Below are positions 54,482 through 57,390 of a stretch of DNA of 57,390 nt, piece after piece. How positions within the stretch are numbered: the first letter of the stretch is position 1; the number at the start of each line of letters is the position of its first letter. Both the position numbers and the translations under genes were made by a program. The notes below the pieces were generated by a model. The model ran no database searches. It was not told the origin of the DNA and saw only the letters and a list, made by a program, of their open reading frames with translations. The stretch comes from Pseudomonadota bacterium (lineage in GTDB: Bacteria; Bdellovibrionota_B; Oligoflexia; Oligoflexales; CAIYRB01), in the NCBI GenBank assembly GCA_031416315.1, contig JANOTL010000010.1:1-57390 (forward strand), written 5' to 3'.

Positions 54482-55219
54482 ATGTCGACTCCGAACAAGA
54501 AGAAGGAAAGCGAGAAGCGCGGCGTGCTGTATCCCGTCGGGGGTACCGCCGAGGCTATCAAGCTGCGCCGTGACGCGACGATCTTCGGTCGCGACAAAGG
54601 CGACATCGTCGTCGACGACCACGAAGTCTCGTCGACGCACTGCCAGATCCAGAACATCGCCGGCGTCTATCATCTTTTCGACATGAACAGCACCAACGGT
54701 ACGTTCGTGAACAACGAGCGGATCGTGAAGTCGAAGCTTTCGCCCGGCGATATCATTACGGTCGGGCAGACGAACTTCAAGTTCCAGCTCGAGGACGAGT
54801 CGAACGTCCGCCACATCACCACGATCTTCAAGTCGAAGAACAAGCTTTCCCTGACCGACAGCAAGTCGTCGATCGTCGACACTTTGATCGAAAGCGAGCT
54901 GCATTCGACGCACGGGCACTCGATCGCCCTGCACATCACGTATCACGACGGCACGACGGACGACGTCGAGCTGACGCAAAAGACGCTGTTCATCGGCCGC
55001 GCCTCGAGCTTCGGGAAATTCGAGCAGGACCCCGAGATCTCGCGCAAGCACTTGATGATCAAGGTCAACGACACGGGCGAAGTCTTCATCGAGGACCAGG
55101 GCTCGACGAACGGCTCCTACCTCAACGGGAAAAAGATCACGGGCATGCACCTCGTCCGGCCGCAAGACGAGGTCAAGGTCGGCACTTCGGTGCTGAAGAT
55201 TCAGGCGCGCTCGGCGTAG
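54482..55219 (+). CDS. Tandem FHA-domain protein
   Basis: Two copies of GR..S..H..D..STNG (IFGR/VSSTH/DMNSTNGTFVN; FIGR/ISRKH/DQGSTNGSYLNG). Confidence 0.92.
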   Translation: MSTPNKKKESEKRGVLYPVGGTAEAIKLRRDATIFGRDKGDIVVDDHEVSSTHCQIQNIAGVYHLFDMNSTNGTFVNNERIVKSKLSPGDIITVGQTNFKFQLEDESNVRHITTIFKSKNKLSLTDSKSSIVDTLIESELHSTHGHSIALHITYHDGTTDDVELTQKTLFIGRASSFGKFEQDPEISRKHLMIKVNDTGEVFIEDQGSTNGSYLNGKKITGMHLVRPQDEVKVGTSVLKIQARSA

Positions 55220-55363
55220 CCGTGCACGATGCCTTTCCGATCCCGGACCCCAGCGCAGGCGGTAGAAGGCTTCGCCGTGGGCTGCGAGTCGCGAGACATA
55301 TGAACAAACTCGCGCAGAGAAGTTGACTGCCCCGGCGCATCTGGGGTGAAATCGGCGCTGCTT

Positions 55364-55447
55364 GGGGACGTGGTGAAATTGGTAGACACGCTGGTCTTAG
55401 AAGCCAGTGCCTCGCGCGTATCGGTTCAAGTCCGATCGTCCCCACCA
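55364..55447 (+). tRNA. tRNA-Leu(TAG)
   Basis: GGGGACG/CGTCCCC acceptor stem, anticodon arm CTGGT-CTTAGAA-GCCAG, long variable arm, ATCGG-TTCAAGT-CCGAT, encoded CCA; 84 nt. Confidence 0.97.
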
Positions 55448-55458
55448 ACATGACAGCT

Positions 55459-55673
55459 TGGCGCCAGGTGGTGTTTCAAAAGATGTCATCGTTGTGCGGC
55501 ACAACCAACAATGTCCCCGACTCGCCAGAAGGCGATTCGTGGAATTGCCGCGTCCGCAACTGCGGCTGTGCCGAGGCGAGCAATGGTCCAGCCAGCGAGC
55601 AAACCTGCAGGTTCGTGAAGGGCTTGCCGTGAAGTGGCGAAGGGACGTTGTCACCTCTCCACATGGCGCCAGG
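55459..55673. repeat. Nested inverted-repeat element bounded by two TGGCGCCAGG copies
   Basis: Helices 55460-55471/55659-55670, 55508-55517/55642-55651, 55522-55527/55635-55640; local hairpin 55491-55505. Confidence 0.5.
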
Positions 55674-55787
55674 CGCATTCGCTCTTAGAGGTAGCGCACC
55701 TGGTCTACGGCCGTACCGACTTTAGCCAGATGTACCGCGGCTGCCTTTATTCAAAACGCGCTCGCAGCCGTGCCGACGGATACGGGC

Positions 55788-56360
55788 TCAATGCGGCGGC
55801 GGGGCGCCTGAGCCATGTTGCGCTCCTTCACGGGGGGATATGCCCGAAGGAGATGCGGTGGGTCGTGGAGAAGTCGGACGCGCCGGGAGCTCGTGGACGT
55901 CGGAAAGCCGATTCACCTGATCCCACCAGTCGCTAGGAATGCCTAGCGGCCATGATGCCAAGGCCGAGGCAAAGCTTTTGGTCCGCCGAGCGAAGAGGCT
56001 CGACCATGGCCAGTCCTCCGCGCGAGGCACGAGATCGGCGATGATCGGATTGCGCTCGACATGGCGACAAGCTTCGTAGAAGCCAGCCTCGCGCTTGACT
56101 AAGCGCAGTTGAAAAAATTCGTCAAAGCGGCTGGAACCGCGTGCCATCGAGTAGAGAAAGCGCGTCATCTCCGGCTTCGAAGCGACGCCGACCACGACGT
56201 GCCAGTGCGTCGGCATCAAACAAAAGGCATAGAGGTCCGCCTTCGATTCCCGTGCGGCATGGAACATAAGGTCACGAAAACGGGCGTAAGCGATCTCGTT
56301 CGTGAACAGCGCGCGACGCGCAGCGGAGCGATTGAAGGCGTAAAAGACGGTACGATGCAT
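55788..56360 (-). mobile_element. Degenerate REP-associated tyrosine transposase (RAYT / Y1 HUH family)
   Basis: LYAFCLMPTHWHVVV (HUH), RHVERNP (normally RYI..NP), AEDWPWSS. Confidence 0.8.
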
Positions 56361-56633
56361 GGCGGGAACCTCCGCCGGCGAACCTATCGGGTCGCGATTT
56401 CGGAACGAAGCGACATGGGCGGTCGGACGCGAGATGTCCGTACACGTCGTGGCGACCGTCTAAAAGCTCGACAGGCTGGCGCGGCGCGCTGCCGAAATAA
56501 TGGCTATGATATTGAGCTTTTGCCGAGATTCGGCGGCCATCATGCGCGGCACGAAACTTGGAATACCCAGGTGGTCCTCGCACTCGTCCTACTCGCTGTT
56601 GCTCTCCCTGCTGTCGTCGACGTTGAGGTTGCC

Positions 56634-57390
56634 GTGTCCCTTCTCCGAATTTCTCTCGCGCTCGTCACTGCGTTTGCCCTCTCGGCTTGCGGCGCGCAGC
56701 ATGAAGACAAGCGCAGCGCCGACGGCGCGGACGCCGTCTTGAACTCGGGCGACGCGACGGCGAAGACGCCGACGACGGCGGCGCCGGACGCAACGACTCC
56801 GGCTCCGATCGTCCCCGCCGGCGAAGAGCCCGCGGCAGACGTCGGTAGCGACGTCTTGATCGCGCCGAACTCGGTCGAGGTCGTCGACGAGGTGAACCGC
56901 ACCTACGACTCTTACTTCTTCCAGTCCTACGGGAGCCTGGCCGACCTCTTCGCCACGGGCGACACCAGCGGCCCGAGCATGCTCTGCTTTCCGTCGGCCC
57001 TGGCCTACCACGCCGAGTATCGCCGCGGTCACGCGCAGGTCGCGACCCCCCAGATCTTCGACGCCACGAGCGCGGTACCGAACTCCGCGGCCAATGCCGC
57101 GGCCGACGTCCGCGCGCTGGCCGACGTTTGTGCCACCGACCTCAAGAAAGGCATGACCGTCCCCGAGGGCGTCGCCTGCATCGACCGCCTCTACGCCAAG
57201 ACCACCCTCAACGCTAAGATCCAGGTGATCGGCCAGGACGCGCAATGGGCGACGTTCGGCATGTTCCCGAAACAGGCCGTGACCGAAATCCGGACCGTGA
57301 CTCCCGTCGACCTCCGCTCCGCCTTGGGCCGCGATGCCAGCGTAATTGCGCTCGTCGGCGCCTATGCCCCCGGAGACGGCACGAGTCTGA
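56634..57390 (+). CDS. Lipoprotein with probable papain-like (C39-like) peptidase domain, truncated by the window end
   Basis: Not in the supplied ORF track. GAGG RBS, GTG, MSLLRISLALVTAFALSAC lipobox, Thr/Ala/Pro linker, then YFFQ..MLCFPSALA..LADVCATD..G..VIALVGAY; frame open to the end of the window. Confidence 0.6.
   Translation, partial: MSLLRISLALVTAFALSACGAQHEDKRSADGADAVLNSGDATAKTPTTAAPDATTPAPIVPAGEEPAADVGSDVLIAPNSVEVVDEVNRTYDSYFFQSYGSLADLFATGDTSGPSMLCFPSALAYHAEYRRGHAQVATPQIFDATSAVPNSAANAAADVRALADVCATDLKKGMTVPEGVACIDRLYAKTTLNAKIQVIGQDAQWATFGMFPKQAVTEIRTVTPVDLRSALGRDASVIALVGAYAPGDGTSL

Noticed and set aside
56547..56562. Sigma-54-like CGGCACGAAACTTGGA before the last lipoprotein gene
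   Set aside because: The -12 element is GG rather than GC; too weak to call
55364..57390. Integrative element or prophage at tRNA-Leu
   Set aside because: No integrase and no duplicated tRNA 3' end seen within the window; cannot be excluded beyond the edge

Overview
GC-rich bacterial chromosomal window with about 55 CDS and 3 tRNAs (Arg-CCG, Gln-TTG, Leu-TAG). I found no CRISPR array, prophage, integrase or rRNA. Gene content (futalosine-type menaquinone genes, DUF1844, many orphan lipoproteins, membrane PP2C phosphatases, FecR and FHA proteins) suggests a former-deltaproteobacterial lineage, possibly Bdellovibrionota/Oligoflexia; this is inference. Housekeeping blocks: trxA-rnhB-yraN, rplS, scpA-meaB, ubiA-like/ubiX, def-rpe-hutH, grpE-lon, and tRNA-Gln-prs-rplY-pth-rpsF-rplI-dnaB, plus a ClpB-family ATPase. 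Main observations: (1) about eight sigma-28-like promoters, all before non-flagellar genes, including a back-to-back pair between a FecR/beta-barrel/periplasmic operon and a HAMP-PP2C phosphatase, a candidate trans-envelope signalling system; (2) a clostripain-like lipoprotein behind a sigma-54 promoter, with a 6x GESRGA repeat between its predicted catalytic His and Cys; (3) a RAYT/Y1 transposase with its catalytic Tyr replaced by His, next to a nested inverted-repeat element after tRNA-Leu; (4) an rpsF-rplI operon lacking rpsR but keeping an S6:S18-leader-like hairpin; (5) several apparently leaderless genes; (6) several proteins with degenerate active sites. All family calls come from motif recognition by eye; no database searches were run.
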